64,000 nt of DNA from an uncultured bacterium (GTDB lineage: Bacteria; Chloroflexota; UBA5177; JANWHV01). Shown piece after piece: positions 28,682 through 39,416 of this stretch; within the stretch, counting starts at the first letter, position 1, and every line of letters begins with the position of its first letter. The notes beneath the pieces are model-generated. The model did no database searches. It had not been told where the DNA came from and saw nothing but the letters and a program-made list of their open reading frames with translations. The stretch is taken from the NCBI GenBank assembly GCA_963729625.1, contig CAVSOU010000008.1, positions 864,001 to 928,000 on the forward strand. The letters run 5' to 3'. Position numbers and translations under genes: made by a program.

Positions 28682-29763
28682 TCGGCATCTCGCGGGCGGT
28701 GACGCGGCAAGGTGTCCGCGTCGAGCGACGACCCTGGCGCCCCGGCCGGACCATTGCCGTGCTGGGCGGGCTGTCGCTCGTGCTCGCGTTCGTGTCGGTC
28801 CTGGCGATCGGGCTGGGCGAGGTATACATCTCGCCCGGCTCGATCGTGGGCATGGCGCTGCAGTGGCTGCCCGCGCATCCCGCGCGCGCCTGGTCGGACG
28901 TCGATCTGACGATCATCACGCTCTACAGGGTTCCCCAGGTACTTACGGCGATCATGGTCGGCAGCGCGCTTGCGGTCGCTGGAGCCGCGTTCCAGGCACT
29001 GTTTCGCAATCCTCTTGCGGATCCGGGTATCGTGGGCACATCGGCGGGCGCGAGCCTGGGAGCGATCATCGCTTTGGCGCTGCCAATTCAGGTTGAATGG
29101 TTCGGGTACAGCATCGTGTCACTGGCAGCATTCGCCGGTGCGATGGGCACGATGCTGCTGGTGTACTCCCTTGCCCGGGTCGGCGGCAGGCTGCCAAGCA
29201 CTTCGCTGCTGCTGGCCGGCTTCGCCGTTAGCGCCGGACTCAACGCTATCGCGGCCCTGATCGAGACGATGAGCGACCAACTGCGCCAGATGTACGTGTG
29301 GCTGTTGGGAAGCCTCGACTTCACAACCAGTTCGCAGCTCATCGCCGCCATGCCGATCTTCGCGGTAGGCATGGCGGGTCTTTTCGTGCTGGCCGGGGAT
29401 CTCAACGTGATGCTCTTGGGCGATGAACAATCGACGTATCTTGGCCTCAACGTGACCCAGAGGCGCGTGGCAATTCTGGTGCTTGGATCGTTGCTGACGA
29501 GCATGGCCGTCGCGCTGGGAGGCATGATCGCCTTTGTCGGCCTCCTCGTGCCGCACATTACGCGGCTGCTGTTTGGCGCCAACCACCGTTTGCTGTTGCC
29601 TGCCTCCGCGCTGGTGGGCGCCACGCTGATGGTAGTCGTCAACACCGTCGCCCACGTCGTTCTGGAGCCCCAGGTCCTTCCAGTGGGCCTGATCACCGTG
29701 CTGCTGGGCGTCCCCTGGTTCCTGGTGTTGCTCCGAAGGAAGAAAGGCAATTATGTGTTCTAG
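28678..29763 (+). CDS. btuC: FecCD/BtuC family ABC permease
   Basis: FQALFRNPLADPGIVG, WLLGS, IAFVGLLVPH, PVGLIT. GTGA overlap with btuF. Confidence 0.92.
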   Translation: MIGISRAVTRQGVRVERRPWRPGRTIAVLGGLSLVLAFVSVLAIGLGEVYISPGSIVGMALQWLPAHPARAWSDVDLTIITLYRVPQVLTAIMVGSALAVAGAAFQALFRNPLADPGIVGTSAGASLGAIIALALPIQVEWFGYSIVSLAAFAGAMGTMLLVYSLARVGGRLPSTSLLLAGFAVSAGLNAIAALIETMSDQLRQMYVWLLGSLDFTTSSQLIAAMPIFAVGMAGLFVLAGDLNVMLLGDEQSTYLGLNVTQRRVAILVLGSLLTSMAVALGGMIAFVGLLVPHITRLLFGANHRLLLPASALVGATLMVVVNTVAHVVLEPQVLPVGLITVLLGVPWFLVLLRRKKGNYVF

Positions 29764-29814
29764 CGTTGTCTCGTGCCACCCTGTGACAGCGCACATGCCT
29801 TTGGAGCCGGGCGG

Positions 29815-30711
29815 ATGACGGCCTTTCGACCTTTCTCGGGCAGAAGCACCGGCTCCGTGGCGACCCCGGCGGTTGGTCCAGTGCACGCGATCGGCAGCAG
29901 CCAACCGTCTGCGATGCCTGCAAGTAGCGAGCTCCGCGTATTGTTGGAGGCGCGAGATCTGACCTGTGGCTACGGCGCGCAACCCGTGCTATCGCACATC
30001 AATCTGTGCCTAGCCCGCGGCGAGACTATCGCGTTGCTCGGTCGCAACGGCAGCGGCAAGTCGACGCTTATCCGCACACTGGCAGGCGGACTGCCCGCGC
30101 TATCGGGAGGCGTGAGGCTGGATGGTGTACCGATCAAGCAACACGATCGCCGCGCACTCTCCCGGCGGCTGGCAGTCGTTCCACAGAAGATGGAGGTTCC
30201 CTTCGCATTCAGCGTTCGCGAAATCGTCGAGCTCGGCCGGGCGCCTTACACGCGCTTTCTTGGCTTGCCGAACGAATCGGACGAGCGCGCTGTCGAATCG
30301 GCTCTTGAGGCCTGTGACTTGCGGTCGTTTTCTTCGCGCGCATTCCAGCAGCTCAGCGGCGGCGAGCAGCAACGCGTGGCGCTGGCAATGGCTCTCGCGC
30401 AGGAGCCGGAGATCCTGTTGCTGGACGAGCCCACGGTTCACCTTGACCTGGCGCACCAGATCTCGCTGCTCGAGCTGGTGCGACGATCGCGCACGTGCCG
30501 CGGGCTCGGCGTGGTCGCGGCGATGCACGACGTGAACCTTTCCGCGCTGTACTTTGATCGGCTCATCGTGCTGGGTGAGGGCACGACGCTCGCGTCGGGC
30601 ACGCCTCTGGACGTTCTCTCTCCCGCGTTGATCGAGCGAGCGTTCGGTACACCTGTTGAGGTGTTCTCGCATCCGCGGATGGGCGTGCCGCAGATCGTGC
30701 TGTTGCCGTGA
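29815..30711 (+). CDS. btuD: Cobalamin/iron ABC transporter ATP-binding protein
   Basis: GRNGSGKST, LSGGEQQR, LLLDEPT, MHDVN. Start uncertain (29773, 29815 or 29914). Confidence 0.9.
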   Translation: MTAFRPFSGRSTGSVATPAVGPVHAIGSSQPSAMPASSELRVLLEARDLTCGYGAQPVLSHINLCLARGETIALLGRNGSGKSTLIRTLAGGLPALSGGVRLDGVPIKQHDRRALSRRLAVVPQKMEVPFAFSVREIVELGRAPYTRFLGLPNESDERAVESALEACDLRSFSSRAFQQLSGGEQQRVALAMALAQEPEILLLDEPTVHLDLAHQISLLELVRRSRTCRGLGVVAAMHDVNLSALYFDRLIVLGEGTTLASGTPLDVLSPALIERAFGTPVEVFSHPRMGVPQIVLLP

Positions 30712-30729
30712 TCGATGGAGACGATCCAG

Positions 30730-31596
30730 CTAGACAAAGAGTGAGTGCATCTCCTGTTCGGCGACAAGCTTTGCTATTTGGTCGTCGCTGACCTTCTGGC
30801 CAGGTCGGTAGCGCTCCGCAGCATCCAGGACGAGCGGCAGCACGTCGATGTCGCCCACAGTGTTCAGGAAGACGTCCGGCCGGTTGAGGACCCACGCGAC
30901 CGCGATGTCAATGCCGGCCTGTTCTTCCAACGGCTCGTACCAGGTCGTGCGCGTGTGCCGCGCACCTTCCGGCCAGGGGCGGCGGAGAATGCCCTTTATC
31001 GTCTGCACCGCGACATTGCGTTCGCGGCACACTGCGAGCACTGCCTCGAAGTCCTCCTGATAGTGCGGTATGCGCATCACCGGGTGGTTGTAGGGCAACA
31101 GGACCGAGTCGAAATCGAATCGCTCGAGGCTGCGCTTGTGCATGGCGGCCACGGTAGCACCGTGGCCGGTTACTCCGATGAAGCGCACGAGCCCCTGGTC
31201 GCGCGCTTCAATGGCCGCCTCAAGGGCGCCCCCTGGGCCCATTGCCACGTCCCATTCGCCCGGATCGACGAGATTGTGAAGCTGAAGCAGATCGACATAA
31301 TCAACCTGAAGGCGCTCAAGCGAGCGACGGATCTCGTCGCGTGCCGGCTCGTAGCGGCGCTGACCAGTCTTGGTGGCGAGGAAGAACGTCTTCCGATGGT
31401 CCTTCATCCACGGCCCGATGCGTAGCTCCGCATCACCATAGCTGGCCGCGACGTCGATATGGTTGATGCCATAGCGCAGCAGCAGAGCGAGCGTACGATC
31501 GGCCTCGACCTGACTGCGTTCTCCCAGAGCGGCGGCGCCGAAAATGGCACGGCTGCTCTGATGTCCGGTTCGACCAAATGCCAAAGTTGGGATCAT
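30730..31596 (-). CDS. Aldo/keto reductase
   Basis: [40 protein letters not shown]. Confidence 0.9.
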   Translation of the reverse strand: MIPTLAFGRTGHQSSRAIFGAAALGERSQVEADRTLALLLRYGINHIDVAASYGDAELRIGPWMKDHRKTFFLATKTGQRRYEPARDEIRRSLERLQVDYVDLLQLHNLVDPGEWDVAMGPGGALEAAIEARDQGLVRFIGVTGHGATVAAMHKRSLERFDFDSVLLPYNHPVMRIPHYQEDFEAVLAVCRERNVAVQTIKGILRRPWPEGARHTRTTWYEPLEEQAGIDIAVAWVLNRPDVFLNTVGDIDVLPLVLDAAERYRPGQKVSDDQIAKLVAEQEMHSLFV

Positions 31597-31750
31597 GCTC
31601 TTAACCTCCCACGATGTTGCTCGTCGAACCATGGCGCATCACGAGCGCCAGAGGCACAGGGCTGTCTCCGTGCGACCGGAGGGTTTCCCAGATCAATCTA
31701 CCACGCGGCTGCGGAGCCTGGATCTCCGACTCCGACCGCCACGCCGTTCG

Positions 31751-32248
31751 TCAGGCGTACCTCTCCCACACATCGTTATGACGAGCGCGGTCGAAGAGAA
31801 TGGAGAAGGGATCGCTGGGGCGCCGGGGTACGCTTCGCAACCGCATGTGCGCCTCGTCCGGAGTTCGATTGGCCTTTCTGTGATTACATACCAGGCAGGC
31901 CGCCACGCAATTCTCCCATGAGGTCGCGCCTCCGCGCGATCTGGGCACGACATGATCGATCGTCAACGGGCCCGCGGTGTCGCCGCAGAATTGGCACGTA
32001 TGGTCATCGCGGTTGATCAGCGTGCGGCGCGACAAGGGCACGGTAAATCGCTCGTACGGAACGTGCACGTAACTGACGAGGCGGATCACGATCGGGGAAT
32101 CAATAGACATCCGCTCAGAGTGCAGCTGCGCAGACCCGTCGACCTCGATCGGCTCAGCTTTCTCCTTGAGGAGGAGAACAATCGCGCGCTGAATGGAGAT
32201 GAAGTTTAGTCGCTGGTAGGTGGCATTGAGTACAAGTACGTGGCCCAC
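31751..32248 (-). CDS. Stand-alone HNH endonuclease
   Basis: VLVLNATY, RDDHTCQFCG, TIDHVVPRSRGG, WENCVAACLVCNHRKANRTP. Confidence 0.92.
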   Translation of the reverse strand: MGHVLVLNATYQRLNFISIQRAIVLLLKEKAEPIEVDGSAQLHSERMSIDSPIVIRLVSYVHVPYERFTVPLSRRTLINRDDHTCQFCGDTAGPLTIDHVVPRSRGGATSWENCVAACLVCNHRKANRTPDEAHMRLRSVPRRPSDPFSILFDRARHNDVWERYA

Positions 32249-32419
32249 CTTCTGCAATTCCTCTCTTACCAGCCAGCAGGGACACCACGGGATCTGGCCC
32301 ACGCCCGGCCAGGCTGGCTTTGCCGAAACCCAGTCATTTTGTCAAGTTGTCGACCTCTTCGCGTAGCTCTTTGCCGCGACCTCGTCCATGGAAGACGCTG
32401 GATTTCGAACATGTGCCAG

Positions 32420-32456
32420 ATGAAGAAGGTGCCGGCCACAGAGGCCAGGCACCTTC
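32420..32456 (-). terminator. Putative intrinsic terminator hairpin
   Basis: GAAGGTGCC-(T)GGCC-loop-GGCC-GGCACCTTC followed by TTCAT on the minus strand. Confidence 0.45.
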
Positions 32457-32979
32457 AATGAATGACGACGGACCCCCATATGAGATGGGGTATCTGAACG
32501 GCGCCCATGCGCTCATGCCTGCACCCTGTGCCCTTTGCCCGTCCATCGAACTGCGATGCATGGTCGCGCATAGGAATCCTCGTGAGGCGTAGCCCTGAGC
32601 CGTCCACAATCTGCACTAATTCTAGGCAGTGGCCCCTTGATGTGTCAATTCGCGCGTCACAGTCTGAAGCGCGCCATTTCCCCTGGCGGCAGAGGTGCCC
32701 ATCGGCTACAATGAGCGCAATCAAGCCAACTGCCAGCCGCCTGAACAGCGGAAATCGGTACAGAATCGTCGATTGGGCGCGGCGCAGGCGGTCGGCGACT
32801 CTGACAGGAATACCGGAGTGGCGCCGCCACTTGGAAGGCGGCAATCAGGTGAGCATACTGCATCCGAGCGCCGGTGGCGCCGCTAATTCTGACCGAGGTC
32901 CGAGGGGCAATGCTGGCTGCCGAGGATCGAATCATAGAGAGGTCTTGCTACCGTTATGCCGCGCGCCCGTAAGGCTCAC

Positions 32980-35322
32980 ATGGCTTCGAATCGGGATGTG
33001 CTCAGGCTCCCGGCGCTGCCGCTGATCAACACTGTCGTTTATCCCCAGGTCGGCATCAGCCTCTACGTCACGCGCGACCCCTCGATCCGTGCGGTGGAGG
33101 AAGCAGCTAACAGGAATCTCTCACTTCTCGTGGTAGCCCAGCGCGACCCCGGGAAGGAAGACGTGACACCGGACGATCTGTACCTCATCGGCACGGAAGC
33201 CACCGTTGGCAGGATCCTCAAGCTCCCGGACGGCCATACAAACGTGCTCGTGCAGGGCGTTCGCCGCGTCCGCATTCTTGGATTCGATCAGCTCAATCCC
33301 TACCTTGTCGCGCGTGTTGAGCCGATCGCGGAGAATCTCGACAAGCCGCTCACGACCGAAGCGCTCATGCGCGCTGTCCTGGCGCTGTTCGACAAGTGTG
33401 TCAAGGCAAGCAAGACGCTTCCCGAAGAGCACTTTATCGCGGCAATGAACGTCGAAGAGCCGGGCAGGTTGGCTGACTTGATTGCCAGCAGCCTGGATCT
33501 CTCTATGGCTCAGCGGCAGGATCTGCTTGAAACGCTTGACCCCGCCGAACGCCTGGAGAAGATCAATATCCACCTGAGCCGCGAGCTGGAGCTGCTCGAT
33601 TTGCAGAATCGCATACACTCGCAAGTCCAGCAGGAGGTCGATAAATCGCAGCGCGAGTTCTTCTTGCGCGAGCAGCTCAAGGCTATTCAGAAAGAGCTCG
33701 GCGAGACCGACAGCTTCACCAAGGACCTTAGCGACCTGCGAGAACGCCTCGACGCGCTGACCCTCCCGGATGACGTGCGCGACAAGGCCACTGTTGAGCT
33801 GCGACGGCTGGCCGCAATGCCGATGGCCTCGCCTGAGGTCGGCATCATCCACACCTATCTGGACTGGCTGATCAATCTTCCATGGAGCGCTGCCACTGAG
33901 GACAAGCTCGACATCCGTGTGGCATCGCGTGTGCTGGACGAGCAACACTATGGGCTGCCGAAAGCCAAAGAGCGGATTCTCGAGTACATGGCCGTCCGGC
34001 AGCTTTCCGCCAGTACTCGGAGCCCCATTCTCTGTTTTGTGGGGCCGCCGGGCGTCGGCAAGACCAGCCTGGGCAAGTCAATCGCTCAGGCCCTGGGGCG
34101 CAAGTTCGTCCGCATCTCCCTTGGCGGTGTACACGACGAGGCAGAAATCCGTGGCCATCGCCGCACGTATATCGGCGCGCTGCCCGGCCGCATCGTACAG
34201 ACCATGCGACAGGCCGCAATGATCAATCCAGTCTTCATGCTGGATGAAATCGACAAGCTGGGTGCCGATTTCCGTGGCGACCCTTCGGCCGCCCTGCTCG
34301 AGGTCCTCGATCCGGAGCAGAATCACGCGTTCTCCGACCACTACCTGGACGTTCCGTACAACCTTTCGAAGGTGCTGTTTGTCTGCACCGCCAACATGCT
34401 GGATAACGTTCCACCAGCTCTGCGTGACCGGCTTGAGGTCATTGAGCTCGCCGGATACATCGAAGAAGAAAAGATTCACATCGCGGAGAAGTTCCTGGTG
34501 CCTCGCCAGCGCGCGGATCACGGTCTGCCTGAGAAGGTGCGATTCACACCCGCCGCGCTGCGACGCATCGTGCGGGAGTACACGCACGAGGCCGGCGTCC
34601 GCAATCTCGAGCGCGAGATCGCGACGATAGCGCGCAAAGTGGCGCGGTCAATCGCCGAGGGCCGGAAGGGAATCTCGGTTATTGGTCAGCGGGCCATCGA
34701 ACGTTATCTCGGCCCGCCGCGGTTCAGTTACGGCTTGGCGGAAGAGCAGGACGAGATTGGCGTCGCGACAGGCGTGGCCGTGACCGGAGCCGGCGGTGAT
34801 CTCATCGCCGTGGAGGTGGCGCTTGTTCCTGGGAAAGGCGCCATGATCCTGACCGGTCAGCTTGGGGATGTGATGCGCGAATCTGCTCAGGCAGCGCTGA
34901 GTTATGCGCGGTCACGCTCGAAAGAGCTGGGATTGGACGACAAATTCTATGAATCGTATGACGTCCACATCCACATACCTGCCGGCGCAGTACCCAAGGA
35001 TGGACCGTCGGCGGGCATCACCATGGCCACGGCCCTCATCTCGGCGCTCACCCACAGGCCGGTGTACAGGCACCTGGCCATGACGGGGGAGATTACCCTG
35101 CGCGGTCAGGTGCTACCCGTCGGCGGCCTCAAGGAGAAGGTGCTTGCCGCGCATCGCGCAGGGCTAACGACATTTGTGGCACCATCAAAGAATCAGAAGG
35201 ACCTACCGGACGTGCCTCGAGATGTTCAGCGCGATTTGCGTATCATATTTGTCGATCACATGGACAAGGTGTTACCGCTCGCGCTTGGGGATCATGTGGG
35301 TCTTAAAGTCGTGAAAGGCTAA
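32980..35322 (+). CDS. lon: ATP-dependent protease La (Lon)
   Basis: LON N domain, [33 protein letters not shown] (catalytic Ser), GGLKEK. Confidence 0.98.
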   Translation: MASNRDVLRLPALPLINTVVYPQVGISLYVTRDPSIRAVEEAANRNLSLLVVAQRDPGKEDVTPDDLYLIGTEATVGRILKLPDGHTNVLVQGVRRVRILGFDQLNPYLVARVEPIAENLDKPLTTEALMRAVLALFDKCVKASKTLPEEHFIAAMNVEEPGRLADLIASSLDLSMAQRQDLLETLDPAERLEKINIHLSRELELLDLQNRIHSQVQQEVDKSQREFFLREQLKAIQKELGETDSFTKDLSDLRERLDALTLPDDVRDKATVELRRLAAMPMASPEVGIIHTYLDWLINLPWSAATEDKLDIRVASRVLDEQHYGLPKAKERILEYMAVRQLSASTRSPILCFVGPPGVGKTSLGKSIAQALGRKFVRISLGGVHDEAEIRGHRRTYIGALPGRIVQTMRQAAMINPVFMLDEIDKLGADFRGDPSAALLEVLDPEQNHAFSDHYLDVPYNLSKVLFVCTANMLDNVPPALRDRLEVIELAGYIEEEKIHIAEKFLVPRQRADHGLPEKVRFTPAALRRIVREYTHEAGVRNLEREIATIARKVARSIAEGRKGISVIGQRAIERYLGPPRFSYGLAEEQDEIGVATGVAVTGAGGDLIAVEVALVPGKGAMILTGQLGDVMRESAQAALSYARSRSKELGLDDKFYESYDVHIHIPAGAVPKDGPSAGITMATALISALTHRPVYRHLAMTGEITLRGQVLPVGGLKEKVLAAHRAGLTTFVAPSKNQKDLPDVPRDVQRDLRIIFVDHMDKVLPLALGDHVGLKVVKG

Positions 35323-35507
35323 GTCTGGTATTTTCGCCCAGGGGGCCCGGAGGGTATACTGAAGGGCAATCTTCCGACACAAGGTACACCGGAGATCCAG
35401 GCACTAAGGCACGGTTTCAGGGATGCTGCGTTCCTATAGCGCGTTTTCGCTGCATGGGCATGGCATCGGTACGGCGCACAGTCTTTGACGGTGTTGAGGA
35501 GGAGTGC

Positions 35508-36032
35508 ATGGCAGTTGAATCGGTGCGACCTTCCACGACGGTCAGCCGCAATCGGTTCATGGTGGCCGTCTTAGGGGGAATCAGCACGCTCATTGGCCTG
35601 TTCTATGTCGGCGCGCTGCTCAGGTACCTCTACCCAAAGAACACGGACGAGCCGGCTCAGCCGGTTACTCTCTCGAGCCAGGGAGTGACCGATCCCAATA
35701 CCAAGGAGCTGCTGGCATTCCAGAACGGCGTAGCCGGACCCTTCAATCATCCGACGGTTCCCGATGGAAGCGTTGTGGTCGGACTCTTCGTCGAGAAGAT
35801 CGATGCCAACGGCGCGCTTACGGAAGACAACATTCGTGTGGTCGAGCAGACATGCACGCATCTCGGGTGTCCGGTTGCCTGGGCGCCCAAGGATAATCGC
35901 TTCGAGTGCCCGTGCCATGGCAGCCAGTTCAACCGCGACCTCTCGGTCTACCATGGACCGGCCGCCGATTCACTTCATGCGCACCACTTCACTCTGGGCA
36001 ACGGCACGATCACCATAACGGGGAGGGTATAG
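35508..36032 (+). CDS. qcrA: Rieske iron-sulfur subunit of a Rieske/cytochrome b complex
   Basis: N-terminal TM helix, CTHLGC and CPCHGS boxes. GAGGAG RBS. Confidence 0.93.
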   Translation: MAVESVRPSTTVSRNRFMVAVLGGISTLIGLFYVGALLRYLYPKNTDEPAQPVTLSSQGVTDPNTKELLAFQNGVAGPFNHPTVPDGSVVVGLFVEKIDANGALTEDNIRVVEQTCTHLGCPVAWAPKDNRFECPCHGSQFNRDLSVYHGPAADSLHAHHFTLGNGTITITGRV

Positions 36033-36039
36033 GTCGAGA

Positions 36040-36801
36040 ATGGCACGCCAAGCTCGCATCAACCCCGCGATGCGCTGGGTCGACGATCGGTTGCACGTGG
36101 CCGGGGTCATAGACGCCGCGCTGAGCCACCCGGTGCCCAAGCGGGTGCATCCTCTGGATTATCTTGGTGAGTCGACGCTCTTCGTGTTCATCAACCAGAT
36201 GGTCACTGGAATCCTGCTGGCGATGTTCTACAACGCATCGGCTCATACGCCGTATTCTTACGATCCCAGCACGGGGAAGGCGGCGCCGACCATCGCATGG
36301 AACAGCATCAATCACATCATGAACGACGTCCCGCTTGGATCGCTGATCCGCAGCATGCACTACTGGGGCAACTACTTTATGGTCGTACTGGTCTTCGCCC
36401 ATATGCTGCGCGGCTTCTATGGCGGCGCCTATAAGTATCCGCGCGAGCTCACCTGGCTGACCGGCGTGGCTTTGCTGCTGGTCACTTTGGGTTTCGCTTT
36501 CACGGGCTACTTGCTGCCCTGGGACCAGAAGGCATACTGGGCCACTCAGGTGGGCGTCAATATCGGGGCGACCGCGCCGATTCTGGGCCCGACCATCGGC
36601 CTGCTGCTGCGCGGCGGCCCCACGCTCAACGGCGACACCTTGACGCGGTTCTTTGCCATTCACATGCTGGTGTTGCCGGCGTTGATCGTGACGCTGATAG
36701 GCGTGCACATACTGCTTACCAATATCCAGGGCGTAAGCGAGGCCGATGGTCTCGTGCTGGAAGGCGACGAGGCGGTGGTGCATGAAGGAGGGCGTCACTG
36801 A
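36040..36801 (+). CDS. qcrB: Cytochrome b N-terminal (b6-like) subunit
   Basis: RSMH...HMLR heme ligands, FTGYLLPWDQKAYWA, TLTRFFAIH(14 aa)H. Confidence 0.93.
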   Translation: MARQARINPAMRWVDDRLHVAGVIDAALSHPVPKRVHPLDYLGESTLFVFINQMVTGILLAMFYNASAHTPYSYDPSTGKAAPTIAWNSINHIMNDVPLGSLIRSMHYWGNYFMVVLVFAHMLRGFYGGAYKYPRELTWLTGVALLLVTLGFAFTGYLLPWDQKAYWATQVGVNIGATAPILGPTIGLLLRGGPTLNGDTLTRFFAIHMLVLPALIVTLIGVHILLTNIQGVSEADGLVLEGDEAVVHEGGRH

Positions 36802-36803
36802 GC

Positions 36804-38063
36804 ATGGATAACTCGCCCGCGCCGCGCGGCATGCGGCCGCCCGACAAGAAACCGGTACGCATTACCGTTCCGGAGCGCCAGCATTCGCGCTACGGCGATC
36901 CGTTCTTTCCCAAGGTGCCGTTCCAGGCAATGTTCTACATCACCGCAATCTTTGCCGCGCTCCTCTTCCTGGCGATCACCAACCCGGCGCCGCTCCAGGA
37001 TCCGGCGGATCCGCTGAACCACGCGGCTATCGATCCGAAGCCCGAATGGTACTTCATGTTCTTGTTCCAGCTTCTGAAGTACTTCCCGGGCATATGGGTG
37101 CCTGTTGGCACGGTGGTCATTCCAACCATAATTGTTCTCCTGCTGCTGTTCCTGCCGTTCTACGACACGAACTGGGCGCGGAAGATAGTGCGCAGACCAG
37201 TTGCGCTCCTCTCGATGACCGCAGGCATGATCGGTGTCATGGTCCTGACGTGGGGCGGCCTTGGCTTCCCCAAGCCCAGCTTTGTGACCACCAGTACCGT
37301 GGCCACCGGAACGTCCGGGGCCGGGGCGGCAGACAAGTGGCAGAAGGTGACGCATATCTTTCAAGCGCGCTGCGCGACGTGCCACATCTCCACCAATTCC
37401 GGCGGGCTCAAGCTCGATAGCTACGCGTCGCTGCTGGCAGGCGGCACGGTTGTCCCCGGTTCGGTGATCGTGCCCGGCGACCACGCGAAGAGCATTTTGT
37501 GGCAGATTACCAGCACGGCCGGCCCGTGGCCCGGTGGTCAGCGCATGCCGTTTGGCGGCCCGTACCTGTCGACATCCGACGAGGCAACCATCGCGTCCTG
37601 GATCGACGGTCTCAAATCGTCTGGCGGGGCAAAGTCCTCTGGTGGCACTGCGCCGGCGACTGGGTCTACGCCTGCCGGCGCCGCTGCATCGACCGCCGTC
37701 TCTTCGGCGACGAGCGGCGCGACCGGTGGCGGATCGACGCCGGCAGCGGCCGGAAGTACAGTGTCGTTCAAGACGGACATCCAGTCGATCTTCCAGTCGC
37801 AATGCTCCGTCTGCCATATCCAGTCGGTAAATGGAGGCCTCAGTCTCAGAAGCTACGATACGCTGATGAAAGGGAGCACCAGCCTGCCAGGCACAGTGGT
37901 GAAGCCCGGCGATCACGCGAACAGCATCTTGTGGCAGATCACGCAACCGAACGGGCCGTGGCCAGGCAGCGCGCGAATGCCGTTCAGCGGACCTCCCTAC
38001 TTGTCGCCCGCGCAGATCGCCTCCATCGCGGCCTGGATCGATCAGGGTGCGAAGAATAACTGA
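36804..38063 (+). CDS. qcrC: Subunit IV (PEWY) fused to two c-type cytochrome domains
   Basis: KPEWYF, LPFYD, then CATCH and CSVCH, each followed by GGL.L.SY..L..G...PGDHA.SILW...RMP...I..WID. Confidence 0.88.
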   Translation: MDNSPAPRGMRPPDKKPVRITVPERQHSRYGDPFFPKVPFQAMFYITAIFAALLFLAITNPAPLQDPADPLNHAAIDPKPEWYFMFLFQLLKYFPGIWVPVGTVVIPTIIVLLLLFLPFYDTNWARKIVRRPVALLSMTAGMIGVMVLTWGGLGFPKPSFVTTSTVATGTSGAGAADKWQKVTHIFQARCATCHISTNSGGLKLDSYASLLAGGTVVPGSVIVPGDHAKSILWQITSTAGPWPGGQRMPFGGPYLSTSDEATIASWIDGLKSSGGAKSSGGTAPATGSTPAGAAASTAVSSATSGATGGGSTPAAAGSTVSFKTDIQSIFQSQCSVCHIQSVNGGLSLRSYDTLMKGSTSLPGTVVKPGDHANSILWQITQPNGPWPGSARMPFSGPPYLSPAQIASIAAWIDQGAKNN

Positions 38064-38075
38064 GGGCGAGTGGGG

Positions 38076-38318
38076 ATGGCTGCTTCGAAGACGGACCGGC
38101 GCGCGATGGTGGTCACGGGGTGGGTAATGACCGTCATTGGATCGGGAACCGTGCTGTTCTGGGTGCTGTACGAAGCCGCGATGGACTTCGGTAATGCGCC
38201 TTTGCCGACGCTGGTGGGCGTGCTGGTGGTGCTCGGGCTGTTATGCCTTTTGGTGCCGCTGCCGCTCTGGCTCGCCACCCGGCGCGCCCGCGCGAGGAAG
38301 AGCCCAATCCACCAGTGA
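38076..38318 (+). CDS. Small 2-TM membrane protein at the end of the qcr operon
   Basis: Two hydrophobic segments and a basic tail, 12 nt after the qcrC stop. Confidence 0.6.
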   Translation: MAASKTDRRAMVVTGWVMTVIGSGTVLFWVLYEAAMDFGNAPLPTLVGVLVVLGLLCLLVPLPLWLATRRARARKSPIHQ

Positions 38319-38429
38319 CATGAGGGCGGTGCCTGAGCGGCCTCAACTGGGGGTCGATTCTACGGAATTCGTGCTCAGGCCGGCATCTGGCCCCACCTCG
38401 AGGCAGGGGCCAGATGCACACGCCGCGTG

Positions 38430-39242
38430 TCAGCTATCGAGATTGTCGTCGTAGGTGTCGCCGAGGTCGTCCGCATCCCCACTGTCGTCCGGCTCGGCCT
38501 CGTAGGCGCCGTACGCATCTTCCTCGTCTTCGATCATGCGATCTTGCCGCACCAGAGTGTCCTTAGTGTAGGGCTTGAACCCGCTGCTGGTCTCGGGTGG
38601 GAAGGAAACACGCCCAGTCAGCTGCGGCGCTTGGTGGGTCTCGCGGAGCATAACACGTATGTAGCGGCCCTCAATGCGAACAACCGCGGCTTCGTACTGA
38701 TTGCCGCCGCCTATCAACTCGACCAGTCGCGCGCTGAGCTTGCCGTCGAGCATGCCCAGCTCCTGGCCACTTGTCGTATAGACCGCGATGAGATCTCCGT
38801 GTGGCTCCAGCTTCACGCGATCGCCGGCTGATAGCTTGGCCACGACCTCCTTGGGGACCGCCGTGAAGATCGATCGCGCAACCGTCTTGCCCGTTTCTTC
38901 GATGAAGAAGCGCGCGTCGACGGAATCATGGCGGTCGCGAGAAACCGGCAACACGTCTTCCCTGATCAGGCTCAAGCGCTCGGCGTTGCGCTTGGCAATT
39001 GCGTTGCCCGGCTCGATGCGCAGGGCATGCGCATACGCTTCACGCGCGTCGCCAATGCGTCCGAGCTCGGCATAGGACTTCCCGAGACGATTCCAGGCTT
39101 CGACGTCGGGCTCGAACAACTCGACGAGCTTCCTATTCTTTTCCGCGGCCTCTTCCCACGAATTGCTCATGGCCGCTTTTATCGACTCTTCAATCACCCT
39201 GCGCCGGTTACGTTGGCGCTCTTCCTGCTGCAGCTCATTCAT
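38430..39242 (-). CDS. TPR protein with a HIRAN-like domain and acidic tail
   Basis: AWNRLGKSYAELG...AYAHALRIEPGN TPR, LSAGDRVKL...IAVYT.SGQELG.L...LS HIRAN-like segment, D/E-rich C-terminus. Confidence 0.75.
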   Translation of the reverse strand: MNELQQEERQRNRRRVIEESIKAAMSNSWEEAAEKNRKLVELFEPDVEAWNRLGKSYAELGRIGDAREAYAHALRIEPGNAIAKRNAERLSLIREDVLPVSRDRHDSVDARFFIEETGKTVARSIFTAVPKEVVAKLSAGDRVKLEPHGDLIAVYTTSGQELGMLDGKLSARLVELIGGGNQYEAAVVRIEGRYIRVMLRETHQAPQLTGRVSFPPETSSGFKPYTKDTLVRQDRMIEDEEDAYGAYEAEPDDSGDADDLGDTYDDNLDS

Positions 39243-39416
39243 TTCTGTATGATGTGTCCTTTCGTCACCATCACATAGGATACCTGCACCGAACGATCCG
39301 GTGGGCACACGGTGTTGCGAGTCGCCTCGCGCCGCGGTGTCCGTTATCCCCCCGTTCGACCACTGCACCGAGGTCGCGCAGCGCGGAAGCCTACTTCCTG
39401 TCGGACAAACGGTCCT

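Noticed and set aside
32406-32418. LexA (GAAC-N4-GTTC) box upstream of the HNH gene
   Set aside because: The right half-site does not match (GAACATGTGCCA).
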